A stretch of DNA of 64,000 bases, from NCBI GenBank assembly GCA_965655095.1, contig OZ296648.1, positions 155,682,001-155,746,000 on the forward strand. Reading direction: 5' to 3'. This DNA is from Haplodiscus bocki. Its lineage: Eukaryota. Within the stretch, counting starts at the first letter, position 1. Each line of letters opens with the position of its first letter. The notes beneath the pieces are model-generated. The model was given only the letters and a program-made list of their open reading frames with translations. It had not been told where the DNA came from and did no database searches. Below are positions 15,401 through 28,939 of the stretch, piece by piece. The position numbers and the translations under genes were made by a program.

Positions 15401-18324
15401 TTTTCCGGGCTTCAAGGTAAATTAATTCAAAATTCCTTTTCTGGAACACTTCTTTGCGTGATCCTGTTTATTGCGAGAATGCCAAAAAGTGGTATTCCTG
15501 TGTCGTTCCTGGATGTTCAAACTACGAATTTATTTCGGGCTGTTCTTTCATGTTGGCTTCGAATAACGGCTTACTATTTGCTGAATGTCATTCGTTTAGA
15601 AAATCACGGGGTTCTTTCATGCATCGGAAAAATGATAGGTCAAGAAATGCTAAAAATGCTTTTACTCGCGATTTTTATTAATCAACAAAATGCATTTATA
15701 CGGGCTAAATTTTATTAGGACTTCGAAAAATTTTGATTTTACGAAGTAAGTTTTGTGTTACTCGTTTTTCGTTTCTCAAGTTGTTTTTTGGTACATTTTG
15801 CGACTGCGTTCGACATAAGGGGTTTCGTACCACATTTTGCAAATTTTGGAATTTCAAACGACTGTTTTTCATCATGAATATATGAAACTTTGCAGTTGTT
15901 TTGTTATCGAGGCGGCAAACATGATTTGCAGAGATCATTCAGTTCTGTTTTAGTGTGCATTTTCGAAATTTCTGTCTGTGATTCAAAGAATTCTTACAGC
16001 TGAAGCAAAGTAACTTCGGGTTATCTTTGCAGTTCCGCTCCTTTATCGTAATCCAATTATGTTTCATCAATTGTTGCAGCAATTTTGAAGCGGTCGATTA
16101 AAACAGGTAATTATATAATTTGTTCCAGCAAGTTCGTGTTTTCGTCAATGCTTCCATCTTTCCCTTGATTTTTGTATGTCTCATTTATTTTGATGATGGA
16201 CTTCATCAATTAATGCTCAATTATTTTCCCATTTTGTTTGCTTTCATAACTTTTTTAATTCCCGCATCTCAACTTTTTTCTACTTTTTAATGCTGTGCCT
16301 TTTCTGGTTAGCTCTTCTTTCCTCTTGTAATACTAAACCTTTCGCATGTGTTAGCTTGTTCGATGTTCACTTGAAACTCTTTTTTCTGTTTTTTTTTTGT
16401 TGTGCTGGCCCTTGGTAAAAGGAAGTAATCGCTTTGAATTTAGTTCAACTTGTGGCCTAGTGTCTGCATGGATTTCATCATTCATCTCATATGTGCAGAT
16501 ATGAAGGTTTTGTTTCTGTGGGCTCGTAGAAAATTGACTGAACTTGGAGTGTATCCCATGAAGCATGACCAGTATAGCGTTGTCCTTCATTTTTGCTGTC
16601 TTCCAAATTCCGTTGATGCGAATCGGAACGGGAATCCACTCTTGCTTGCTTTTCAACTTACCAAAAAAATGTGTTTTTGAAGAAAAGCAATTGTGCAGTT
16701 ATGTGCGTATCGGTAAGTGTCGTCTACAAAAAGTGCATACATTGTTCATGGCCTTTTGTTTCTATGTACATCAAGTATAAAATTCTGTTTTCTATGTGAA
16801 TCTTCCTCACAATCCGCAAAGCTTTAAGTATCATTGAAAGTTTTTCCTGAAGTGATATTTTTCTCAGTGCTCATTCTACTGACGTTTTCTGCTCGCACAA
16901 ATGATTGGCAATTCGAGCGTTCCAAGAATGGAAGTGTTTGTGAAATTGGCGCCTCGCTTAACAAATGACAACTGAAATGGTTAACTAAAAATTCTATTTT
17001 CTGCCATTTTAGTGTAAAACATCGTGCACAAAAGCTAGCTGACATAAATGATGGCGGTTTTAAATTGCACACAATGGTTACACTAGCTTCACTGAGCATT
17101 GCAAAAATATTTTTCTGCAAAGTTAGTTTTGTTTGGGGGTTAGCATGTGTTGAGTTTTGAATGAGAATTATAAGTCCCTGAGAAAACATCCGATGCGCTT
17201 TAATTCCATCGCGAATACTCCCAGGAAGGGATAAGGGGTCCAAAATTGGTGTTATTCCATGAAGAACAACTTCAAATCGCTTTGTACATTTACACCAGAT
17301 GCGGCATCAACAAAAAGAGGCTGCCCGTATTGCAATGTTGAGTTCAATAACGTTTTGATGTTTGTCTCTGTTTTGTTAATATCTTTGCTTCGTTATTACT
17401 ATTAAATTATTCGTGTTATGGTTGCTTTTGCCTGAATCCAACATCTATTCAGAGATCAATAAGCTTTCTTGAGGCTTAGCTAGTTGGCATCGTATCGTTT
17501 AATCATTACCACCCTCGGATTATGCAATTGTTGCTGCTTGTCTCCGCCACCGCCGCTTCCTGTTTGTTGTCAATTTATTCAGACCAGGACGAAAGAGCAA
17601 GAGAGGAAAACCTCGACTCGACGTGCAATTAGGACAACTTGTGGTTCCATTCGGTTTGATTCGGATTCCGCAATTAGTAAATGCATTAAAACGTAAGTTA
17701 AGTAAGAGTGGTTGCTGTTGACTGCGCGCTACACGGAAAGAGTAATTGGCCAAATTTGGCATCCGTTCACAAAAGCTGTTAGAGAAGATGAAAGGAATAT
17801 TAGACTGAGGTGACGGCTCTTTTACTTTGTACATTGGGTGCAGTGACGTCGAGTGGTCGCAAGGCTAGGCAAGAACAGAATTGGAGGCAGAGCGAAAAAA
17901 GGGGGTGAGACAAGGCAAAGCAAGACACGTAAGTATTGGGGTAGGTTGGTTCATATGTGGGCTGACATTGGCTTGCATATACAGAGCTGGGGTTATAGAT
18001 TTCTGATTGTTGCTGATGACAGAGAAAGTGTCAAATTTGAGACAAAAGTGCTACTTTTAATTTCTTCTGGGGAAGGCTGTAATGCAAAAAGTGCCTGAAT
18101 AAAGGTAGGAGGTGCTGCAATGGGGTAAGAAACAGCCAAGAAGTTCGGAACCATTGATGAGATCAAATAAATTTAAATCAAATCGAATCAGTTTTTATCG
18201 CATCGTTTTCTTCGTATAATTGAAGCGACATGATACTGATTGTACATGTATTTCTAACAACTATAGCATGTTTTTCAATGAGATACCATGGTATATATAT
18301 ACCACATCCTATCTCAGTGCTTTT

Positions 18325-19306
18325 GGAGGTGACTTCCCATTACTCCGAAGTGTCTTTACTCCGAAAATAAATAATCGTTCCCATATCTCCGAAAAGAAAT
18401 CATATTGGCTGAGAGAATATTTGAGTTGAAACCACACCATTTGTATGATCCAATGAAAATTTTCCTGAATTATATTTTTAGGTTCTAACTTCGTAAAACT
18501 ATTCAATATAAAAATTAAGATCTTTTCTGTTAATTCCACCCCCCACCACCACTGATTTAACTCCTCCACGCCATAAGGGGTATGCGAAATTGTAAGCGGC
18601 GTAATGTTTTAGCTCGCGCGCGAGTGAATTTTTGTCAATCAGAGGCGAGTTCGCTTCTGCGTGGAGGGAGTTAAAACTTTCTTTACTACTGGTGGTGGTG
18701 GGGGGGGGGGAGTTGAAACAAAAGATCCAGAAATTGAATCAAAATAACAAATCAAAATAATTAATTAGCTTCGCCCCATTTCTTCAATCCCCACAGCCTC
18801 ACTTCTGCAATCCACCCATCTCTTCAATATTCCTATTTCTCCTTCACTCCTCCCCCCACGCATTGTTTCTTCACACCCTCCTCCCCCCCGCACCCGTTGT
18901 AAAAAAAACTATCACAGTTTATTTGCGGTGCTTCCAAAACCACTGTGTAAGTGGGGGGGGGGGTTGAAAAAGTGGTGGGAAAGATTGATGAAGTGGAGGA
19001 GGGGGGTTGGATGGGAGGGAGGATTGAAGAAGTGATGAGAAGGATTGAAGAAGTGGGGGGGGGGGGGGGTGGATAATTATTTATGTTGAATATATTGTGG
19101 TTCAATTTTTATATTGATTCAAAATATTTTAATATTTTGAAAATTATTTTGATTCAACTGTTCCCAATTTTGAAGATTTTTACAATTTCAATTTTTTCAT
19201 CTACAAGTACAAATAATTGTGTTCAATTTTCGGAGTAATGAGAATAAAATGTTATTTTCGGAGTAATGGGAAAAAATTTCAATTTCGGAATAATGAAAGG
19301 CAATCC
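18325..19306. mobile_element. Foldback-like MITE (~1 kb) with repeated subterminal CATTACTCCGAA motifs and nested G/C-run inverted repeats
   Basis: Left TACTCCGAA-type motifs are mirrored by right TTCGGAGTAATG/TTCGGAATAATG. Internal TTAACTCCTCCACG / CGTGGAGGGAGTTAA pair. Confidence 0.6.
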
Positions 19307-20380
19307 TTTTAGATGGCTCTGAATTAGGTGTTAGGTTATCAAGTGAACGAGTGTATACATACATACATGTACAATATTGTTTGAAAAGAATGGAGCTTAG
19401 GAGGGCTCACAGACGCTATTTACCCAATAGGATCTCGTTATTTGCTCTCAATTGGCAATTTCATTGCCAATTTTGGTACTCTCTCCTTTTTTCGAAGTTT
19501 GACCAAGTTATAAAAAACTTTTTTGAGAAATTGTGTACCACAAAAATTTCCGAGAACTTCTTGAATCCTGTGATAAATTTTGGTAGAATTTTCTTGAATT
19601 TAAATAGATATCGTAAATTTTCAAAATGCATTTCTTGGAACCCATTTTAAAACATGTGACATGTAACTTCAAAGTTCATTGTAAAAAAATAGCAATTTTA
19701 TGCGCATTTTGGAATATTTTCGAAAACTAAGCAGACTAATGGTTTCAAGATATTTAAGGGAACACATTGATGTCTAAAGTTGGTCAATTTATGCATAGGA
19801 GCTCTAATCTTTCAAAACACTACTGTCAGTTTAATTGAGTTTAACTAATGAGTTAAAGTTAAATTATATCATATCGGGGAGTTAACTAATTGAGGGAGTT
19901 AAATTGCATCTCGGGGATGGCATAGAATTGTGTTCACATGTGAGTCACGCGCCGTTCAAATGTGTTCACGTGTGACGAATTCATGAATGAATCATTGGCA
20001 GGCCACTCCAGCTCCCATGTAATGATACGTGGGATACTATCCATTGCCAGCAATCGCCGAGAGAAGTTTTTCAAAGGCCTCATTCATGACTGAGAGTCGG
20101 AAAAACAGCCTGAAAATTGAAAACTCCTCTGATTATATTTGGACGTGATCCAAGTATGGAATTCGAGTTGTTGTAAAACGTAACCTTTTTAATAGTTTTA
20201 CTCGCAAAAAATCGGGAGTTCAACTACATAGCCAATAGTTAATCTACTGATTTTATTTTGGCAGGATGAGTTTAACTGCAAAAAAATGAATTAAATTGAA
20301 TTTAACTGTACATCACTGACTACTGTTCAGTAAGGTGATAAAAGAAAGGAACTATTATATTGTATATTGGAAAGGATTAA

Positions 20381-20879
20381 AGATTGAAAGGTTGCATTTG
20401 ATTGCCTAATGCTCAAAAACAACTGAAAATCACAAATATGGTCGAAACAAAAGTTTCTTAGAGTTTTATTTATTTTACAACGGTGTTTGTTTGAAACTTA
20501 GATCATTGTTATAGAAGTTAAAAAAATAGGTATCGATTTGTATTAGAATAGGAGGTTAATTTTCCATCATAGTATAAACACTGGGGAACTGCCCACTTCT
20601 GAGTGTAATCAGTAGGTGAGGGGGATCTTGACAGTATATAAAATGTAAAAAAAAACGAGTAGAAGGTACTTAAAATATCGAAATTTGTGATGGAAAATCA
20701 ACCTCCTATCCCAATAAATATCGATACAAATTTTCCTAACTTGTATAATAATCATCTTAGAAGTTCAAGTAAACTCCATTGTAGACTAGATGAAATTCTA
20801 TGAAAGCTTTGCTTCGACCACAATTTGTGATTTTCAGTTGTTTTTGAACATTACGCAACTAAATGCATCGTTCCAATCT
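20381..20879. mobile_element. MITE with ~190-bp terminal inverted repeats, Kolobok-like ends
   Basis: 20381-20570 is the imperfect reverse complement of ~20687-20879. Flanks are ttaa|AGATTG...CAATCT|ttat. Confidence 0.75.
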
Positions 20880-22664
20880 TTATTTTAATAAAATAAAGGT
20901 CCTTTCTTTAATCAGACTACTGTAATACTGCAGTTGTATCACTGGAGAAACAATAGCAAATGAGGTTATTGGTGGTAGCGCTAGTTGTTGTGGAATTACC
21001 ACATTGATTTCCATGATCCAATATCTACATTCAATTTGCTCCCAAGTGCTTCTGTATTTGCTATTAGTGCTGCTAAGGCTAACGAAGTGGGTTGCTGCTA
21101 ATGTCACTGCTTGATGACGGAAGCGGCGATGGTTGCTGAGTTTAGCAGGCGAAGAGGATTATAGTTGGCGTTGAAGAAGCAGACAAGACGATGGTGGTGG
21201 AATGTTGTGAGTCAGTCAGCAGCAGTGTTAATGGGATGGGATGCGATCAACAGTGGCTTGGCGGTGCTGGAAAAGGAATACTAACAGTCCTTTCTTTCCG
21301 TGGGGGGGGGGCATTGTCGTTGGAAGGGGAGAGGGAAGTAGGTAAATGAACGACGAGGTGAAAGGGAACAAGCTGAATCAATTTGTACTTGTCTTTCTTT
21401 ACTTAAATTCAATTTGTTGTCTCTCCTTTTCTATTTCTATTCTTTCCACTTTGTTCTGCAACACTCTTACATTCTATTTTGTGCTATTTCATTCCACCCA
21501 CTACTGTTTCATTTTTATCTTTCTATCGCGTTACTTCTAACTAATCGAACAAATCTTTCAAATTTAAAAGGGAACCTTTTCTTGTCTCGTCTTCGCACAC
21601 TGGCCACAATTATCCCCGCTACTTCTCACTTTTTACCAGCTATATACTTTACGCCCCCTCTCTTTATTGTTTTATTCCCCTCTTTCGAAACGTTGAGCTG
21701 GAGTAGTTATCATGTAATGGCGTCGTAAAAAACTGAATTAGAAAAATTCCTCAAAAATTACTGTGGTAAGTCATTGAGGCATTTCGACACAAATGATAAT
21801 CTGCTCTGTTGGAAAGTTGCTTTCAGGTTTCGGAAAACCCCCAAAGGGGCTGTTTTCAAAGGCCAGAAAATTGTTTTTTTTTGGCATTTTTTTTCCGTTT
21901 CTGAGATTTAAGTTAGCGGAACTGCAGAGTTTTAGGAAATTGTAATCAGTTTCGGTCACAGCAAGAATCACGAAAAGTTGTGTTTCAGTAACAGCCAGTG
22001 ATTTTATCACCAGAAGCCAGAGCGGCAACATGGACAACTAATTTTTGATGGACAACTAAAGCGAAAATTGCAGCATGATTTGATGGTAATCTTCGTCAGA
22101 TAATGTTGATAACTCGCGTCATTATTACAACCATTTTCTTAAATGAATAGTATCGGTCAAAATAAGCACAGTGAAGTCGTTTTAAAGGGCAAAACTTTGA
22201 CAATGTCTGTTAAGAAGCTTTCACATTCTATTTTGGTTAAAAAACACGAAGACACAGGCAGGGTAGATACAGTATAGTTCCAAATTGTTGAGTACGGCAA
22301 AGATGTTTTTGAAGAACGATATTTTTAAAACTCATATAACCGAAAATTAATTCTGAAGCAAAAACGTCAATATTGGGGAATAATTCCATTACTCGCAATA
22401 AATGCCTTTGAACGACTGGGAATGTTCTCATATAGTTTTTGGACAGTCTCCAAGCCGATGGAATCCCAAACTTTTCCCTCTAAATTTTCCCAAGAAACTT
22501 TTGAAATTCTTGCACGGAAAGTCTTTTTTTCGTAACTGCAAGTTTTTGAGATGAATTGTGCTTGTTAATGTATTGGGAAATCTCAAGTTTTTTTGCCCGT
22601 CTGATCGAACTGCGTCTCCAAAAATCAGAGATCTGCCAGTTGACACATTTGGACATTTTGTACT

Positions 22665-23200
22665 CAATCTGTCTGAAAGGAAGAATGTGTATTGAAATCG
22701 GTTTATGTTTGGGTTTTATCCTGTCCAAAACGAGCATTTTTGACGTCATCAAAAAGTCTAGTCATCTAGTGTAAACAGTCAAAACGGCCGGTTTCTGGCA
22801 GGTACTTGTTCATTTTCGCGTTGTTTACTTTGCAAACTTCTTTTAAAAAGGGGCGGCAAAATGGCGTAAATTGGAAAGACATGGTTGACATATCAGTTTC
22901 TTGAGTATGAGTGTGACAGGTACCAGTTAGTTTTCGAGTTTTTTACTATGCTATCTTCTTAAATATTGGGCAAAAAACGGCGTAACTGAAGAAACATATA
23001 GACATATCAGATTTTCGAGTAGGCTACTCGGTCACAAGTACTTGTCTCAATTGGACTTTTCGGAATTAACTTTTCTTTGACAGCTAGTGTAGTATTTCCA
23101 AACGTGTAAATCTTATCTCCAATCACGGTTTCAAATATCCTTTGGGGTCTGTGATCTCAACTGACAAGTCAGAATAGCTGCGAAGGTCCTCTCCGCCCTT
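22665..23200 (+). repeat. Dispersed repeat family A, copy 2
   Basis: Same block order as copy 1. Confidence 0.7.
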
Positions 23201-25381
23201 GTGTTTGGAGATATCGAGTCTTTTTTGCGAAAACGCGAACCGTTCCATCAATTGTGAGCTTTGCTCGGGTTTCAGCAAATGAAACCTTGTTGCAACAAAA
23301 CTTTTGCGGGTTTCTGCATCTTCTTTGTGACCATATCCTGTACGATACGGATGTTTTGGCCCAAATTCTGCTAAAGACGCTGTTTCTTCAAAATTTTCAT
23401 TGTTCTGGAATTATATTCCTTGGTCAAAACATAAATAAACTTCGCATGAATTCATTCCAGACTTCTCTTGGGATCTTTTGAAATACCTTTTACCATTTTT
23501 TTGGTTTTTTCTTCAGTTTAGGAGGACGATGGACACGAGGTTTTTGTGTGGATGGAAACTTTTGTCAGCCGATTGTGCCATTGATTTGGCTTTCAAGCCT
23601 AGTTATTTGACAGGTAAAAGCCTGTATGTTTTAAAACTTAATTTGACAAACGAGAAAAGGATCTAACAGGGCTGGCATTTTCGATCGTCAAAATGTTGAA
23701 GCAACTGAAATGATTTCAAGTTGGTTAGATTTTGTTTTCACGTTGGCGAAACAAAAACTTCCATCTTGCCGTACTCAAATATTCAGTTTTTTGGAACTGT
23801 ACAGTCACGTCAAAAAGCAACCGATGAAAAAATGGAATAGCAGAGAATTGAACATCAAAAACATTCACAGAAGTTTCAGAATTTTTTCCAGTTGAAAATC
23901 CTTTTTCAAATCTGTGTGACTACTATTGTCAACGTGGTATTCTTTCCGTGATCTGGCTTTTTTTTAAGTTCATCCTAAGATCTAATGATTGACTTACATT
24001 TGTGAAAACTTTCATGGGTGTTTTCTGTAGATTCCATTTTTTTCTCCAAATTTCAATTGTAACATTTTTCCGCAACTGCTGTGTTCACAGGTGAACTGGC
24101 ACCAAACATTCATCAACCAGAAGTTCCTTTTACTACGTAAAATCAAAGTTTTATAAACACATAAATTTCACCTCCAGTTCACGTGTGAAGTAAGCCTTTT
24201 CGGAAAAGTTGAAATTAAAATTTGGAGATAAGAAATAAATCTACAGAAAACTCCCCGGAAAGTTTTGTCAATTTTAAGTCAATCATGAGATATTTGGTAA
24301 AAAAATTCATAAAACCTTTTTGACAAAATCACAGGAAAAATGAGCTTTTCTGATAGTGGTCATGCAGATTTCAAGCAGCAACCATTGTAAACTAGAAAAA
24401 AATTCAAAAAACTTTTGCTGTCGCTTTTCAAGGAAATGATTGCATTTGTATGAATCTGCCTGTGAAAATTCCGTCATTGGCGTTCAATTCCACAGTTGAC
24501 TATTGTATCTGGGACGACATTATTGTATCTCCTCCAAAAATCGACATACGCGACACCGAAAGGATACGCGACAAGCTGTAAACGTGTATGCGAAGAAAGG
24601 TGTTTTTCTTGCCTACCAAACATTTTTTGCTGTCCAGAGAAAATCATGTCGAGGAAATCCTGGAAACTTTCAGTTAGGTGGATATTTTTTATTAAAGCGT
24701 AGTTGATGCCGGTAAATACATGGAAACTTTTTCATTGAAAAGTATTTGAGCTTAGTTGTTTCCTTTTAAGGGCACAAAGTGTGTTTTGACACAAAATGGA
24801 AAGAAGGTCATTTGAGTAGGAGCCGTTGATTGTTTTCCCAATTTGCAGATTCTGCTTTCTTTTGCATGTTTGTGTGGTGCAAGTGATTCTAGTAAACGCA
24901 AATTAATTACATAATAAAGAAGACCTTCCATCCTGACGTTGAAAAGGACAACGCAAAAGGTGCAAAAATGTGAATCCATGCTCTCGGCTCTACGACGGTA
25001 TTGTAAAAATATCACGTAAAGTGAATTTTATAATTTGTTTTTGAATAATCTATTCATCAAATTCGAGCACTTGACTAACTTTGCTGCCTGGATAGTTGCT
25101 GAACAATCAACTAATTTGCTGCGTGAACGAAAACACATTTGAATGGAATCATCAAAATTGGCCTCCGGACCCGATTAAGCGCGTTTGTCCTGCGCCGCTC
25201 GGTCGTGTATCGGATTGCGGACGCAGCTTCTGTATCTTACTGTGGATGGGAACTTACTATTTCGCTTGTTGTAGTTTATGTAAGTGTGTATGACGTGAAC
25301 GATCCATTGCGCAAGGCGCGGCGGTGAGAAATGCAGGGATAAAGTTCTAACAACACTATGCTTGTTGTTGTCTGTTTCAAT

Positions 25382-25403
25382 CGGCGGCGGCGGCGGCGGC
25401 GGC
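25382..25403. repeat. (CGG)7 microsatellite
   Basis: Read directly from the sequence. Confidence 0.9.
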
Positions 25404-27149
25404 GAGAGGGATGTGATACTGTACTTCGCAGTCATATATGCTCGTCAGGGGCTAATATTTTAACACATTTCGAGCTGTCTATCATTACATCAAATTGTGA
25501 TATATTTCTTTCTTCACGCTCGATACAGCAGTTTGTTGTAGTCAGCTGCATTTTCCTGCGCACCGTTGCTTCCGCGGATGCCACAAGTTTAAAAAATTGG
25601 CAGGAAGTGTGGCATTATTCAACTCTGGATTCCAGTGGCACGACATCAGTTAGTCAGTTAAGTGTTTACTCTTTGGTGCTCCTTTCTTCTGGAGAAAATC
25701 GGTTTTGCTACAACAGCGGCCAGAGAGGGGAAGGGTAGGTGATAGGGGGGGTAAGAAGGTTCAGTTGTTTGGACAATTGAGTTATCTTACAAACTCTGTT
25801 GTTTGCTTTTTCCTCATCACAGCTGCTTGCACTATTGCTTGACATTTGCAGCATATGTAACTTAGGCCAATTTATCATTCGTTTTACTACTGCTCTGCTA
25901 ATTCCGCCCTCAATTTTAGTTTGATTGTTATCCACTTTCTTTCCGTGTTCTGCAAACATGCAACTTACTTTAAAATGCATTGTTTTTCATTTTTCATTCA
26001 TCCATTTTTACTTGCATTTAGTCCTTTACAAAAATCGAAATTCAGAGATACATTCCTCATAAATCAATACCTCAACCGCTCGGATGTTGAGTTTTTGCAA
26101 TGGATGGTTGCTTAGCATTAGGTGCTCTAAGAGGTCAAAATGGGGCTAAAACTGGGAAGTTTGTTTTTTGCTAGCATTTTTTCTCGTATCTAACGTAAAT
26201 TCTTTACGATCATCGAAATAGTTCTAAAAAGCTATTCGTTGGCCTTGATAATTCTTTTTAAAAACTTGCGTATTAAGGGAAGTAATGTCTTTCTAACAGC
26301 AATATTTTCTTCCTCAATTAATGTTTTCCACTGATTGATTGCTGATGATTTCATCAACAACACTTTATGAAGTTGTTCAAATTTACCTCCTTTTCAGATA
26401 GTGTATGAAATTTTGGCCTTCGAGCTACGTATACCTGCGATGCTTCACTCATCAAACGAGCGGCCATACTTCATTTTATTATCCACTTTCAAAAGCTTGA
26501 ATTTGACTGACACCAGTCATTGAGAAATTGTAACAGTGATTGATGCTTACCATATTCAGTTTGGATATTAACATTTCATTTCATGTTATCTCTCACAGAT
26601 TTACTGTCACTAATTTCCATTTTTGAAACTATGAGTTTGGGCTACTGTCGTCCTTCGCCGCCTGCTCTCTCGTCAGAATGTTTACTATGTGATCCTGTGA
26701 TGTCACAGCAATCGTGCGATTGGGATTATTCGCCTCATAAGCAGCCGAATCCTAGTTTTTATTGTAACAGCAACACTTCGTCTTTTAACCTTGACCTTTA
26801 CTTTTTGTCACGTACGCTTTGGACCGAATCTACGTCACACATCCAACGAAATATCTCAAGCTTCCCATTTCAAACCTCTCGCCCGGAAGTGTCAATGAAT
26901 GGGAACTTTTGAATTTGTGGCAGTTAGTCAACGTATTGAATGCAAATTAGTTCCATTTAATGCTATTTTGCGGAGTAGCATTTCGATTATTACTGATTGT
27001 TTTAGTATTTTGATTATAGTTTGGGCATCATTATTTTACATTTTGTTTTACTTGGTGGTTATTCCGGCAGCAAACGGCCAAATTTGAGCTTGTATAGAAA
27101 AAGTAGTCCAGTGAGAAAGAAATTGTTTTGAAGCAAAATAAGATACAAG

Positions 27150-27311
27150 ATGATTCCTGGGCATTCAATGCACCACGGAGGAAGTGTGCCTGCTGGGGGA
27201 CAACATTTGCCCAATCAATTGTCAGTTGTAACAACAGTCAATTATGGCACCCATGCCCCCAATGGCATGAATGGCATGGACCCTAACTGTGGACCACCAC
27301 ATTCTATGGTG
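27150..27311 (+). CDS. ZMIZ1: ZMIZ1/2-family protein, first coding exon
   Basis: ATG 27150 follows an in-frame upstream stop and an acceptor (ccggcag|27071). Encodes MIPGHSMHH...NQLSVVTTVNYG, matching the LSVVTTVW motif near the N-terminus of ZMIZ1/ZMIZ2. Donor GTG|gtaagt after 27311, phase 0. Confidence 0.85.
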
Positions 27312-27659
27312 GTAAGTTCATTTCAACTTACGGGTTTCAGAATGAATTGAAGAAACGTCTCATTAAACTTCATACATTTTTAATAAACGTTCCTACAATA
27401 AACAGAATGTGAAGCAGAAATTGTCATCCGTCCTAAAACATGATACAATATTTTTCTTGAGATTTTGGCTTGAGCCAATTAGGAAACAATTCTAAGGATG
27501 GAAGCAATTAGAGAACAATTTTGTTTCAAATGTCGGAGGTGAATACATTGTAATGTATTTTAATCGGCGCTTTTCAGAGACTGCCCAATCGATCCATTCT
27601 TCTTTTCGTGGTCGACCCTTTTTTCATTTCCTAAAACACTTTCCTAGAGAGGGACAAAT

Positions 27660-28120
27660 TTTGCGAAACACTAAAGGGTACTCTCTACCTCTACGAAGTT
27701 TTTCGGCATTGTAAGACTAAATTTTCCGAGTAAAATTGTAATATCCCCTTCAGTTTACCGAAATTTTTCAGAACCCAGAGTTACACGAAAGAGTACCCCG
27801 ACGACTTTTTTCGGCTCTACGAGACAAAAAAAATGATATTCCTTTTGTGCATACCAAAAATTTTCCAAGAGGCAAACTCCTAAAATCTTCAAGATAGCCT
27901 TCCTATGCGAACACAATTTTTCAAAACATCAAAACCAAAATTTTCGTGATACCCCCTCCCCATTTCTCCGAAAGTCAATTTCAAAACAAAGAGTATCGAG
28001 TGTTTTCGTAATGCTCTCTTGTTCAATATCAGAACATTTCTCAGAAACACCGAAGTTTTTGAGCACAGTGAGACAAAAAAATTGACATAAAGATTGTGAC
28101 ACCCCTCTATGGCCGTGCCG
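27660..28120 (+). repeat. Degenerate copy of the same minisatellite/HINE family in ZMIZ intron 1
   Basis: acgaagtttttcggcattgtaagac, ttttcggctctacgagac and gcacagtgagac units. Confidence 0.6.
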
Positions 28121-28316
28121 ACTATGAGCTGTGCTCGCTTTGTTTCTCAAAAGTGAGACAACTTCGAACCTTTTTTAGAAGTACTAACTAAACGGTAAAT
28201 GAAAATGGTTCAAAATCAGTATGCTATAGCGGATTTTCGCTGAAACATGCCGACTAGGAACAGGCACAGCTTCACAAAATTTGCAATTTCGAGACGGCTT
28301 GCTTTGACTGTTTCAG

Positions 28317-28599
28317 AACTACTATTCTGGAAACCAATACTTATCCAAACAGATGAGCGCGCCCTCTGGCTTCATACAAGGCGGGAACGCGCCTAGCAGT
28401 TTCCATCAAATGAAGCTCAATGGCACTGGTGCTTTATCGGGAAACGGAGGCCCTCCTCCTAATATGACTGTGGGCATGAATGGAAACATTTCAACCAATC
28501 CCGGTGGAGCTGTCGGACCTAATACTGCCGCTATGAATGCCGCTGCTGCCAGTGGAGCCACCCACTTACAGCATGTGCAAGTCGGGGCGGCAGCTTCAG
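28317..28599 (+). CDS. ZMIZ1: ZMIZ-family coding exon 2
   Basis: Acceptor tgtttcag|AAC, donor CAG|gtaatc. Phase 0->1. G/N/M/A-rich low-complexity sequence. Confidence 0.8.
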
Positions 28600-28939
28600 G
28601 TAATCATGCTCGCAGTGTTTCTGACTCATCCTGTTTTGGCTTGTTTATTATGATATGTGAGAAATGCAATTTTTAAACTGTCAAAATCGTGTCTTTTCAG
28701 GAAAATTTGAGTAAAATTCTGTTGTCGTAATAGCAGCTGAGCTCTCTGCCTTTGAACGTAATGTGTCAGCTTTTTAATTTCCCCGAAACCAAATCAAAAC
28801 AGTTCAATTTGACAAAATTCCCAAAAAATGTTAAATATTCAGAAAGCGGATCCAATTTCCATGAAAGCAAACTATCATGTGAAAAGCATCTCAGCAAGTT
28901 TTTGACAAACGCGAGTTGTTGTCAAGTTTTCATAACATA

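Noticed and set aside
1800-27000. Numerous 60-150 aa ORFs in the upstream region
   Set aside because: Mostly non-ATG starts, AT-biased composition, overlap with repeats and no domain signatures.
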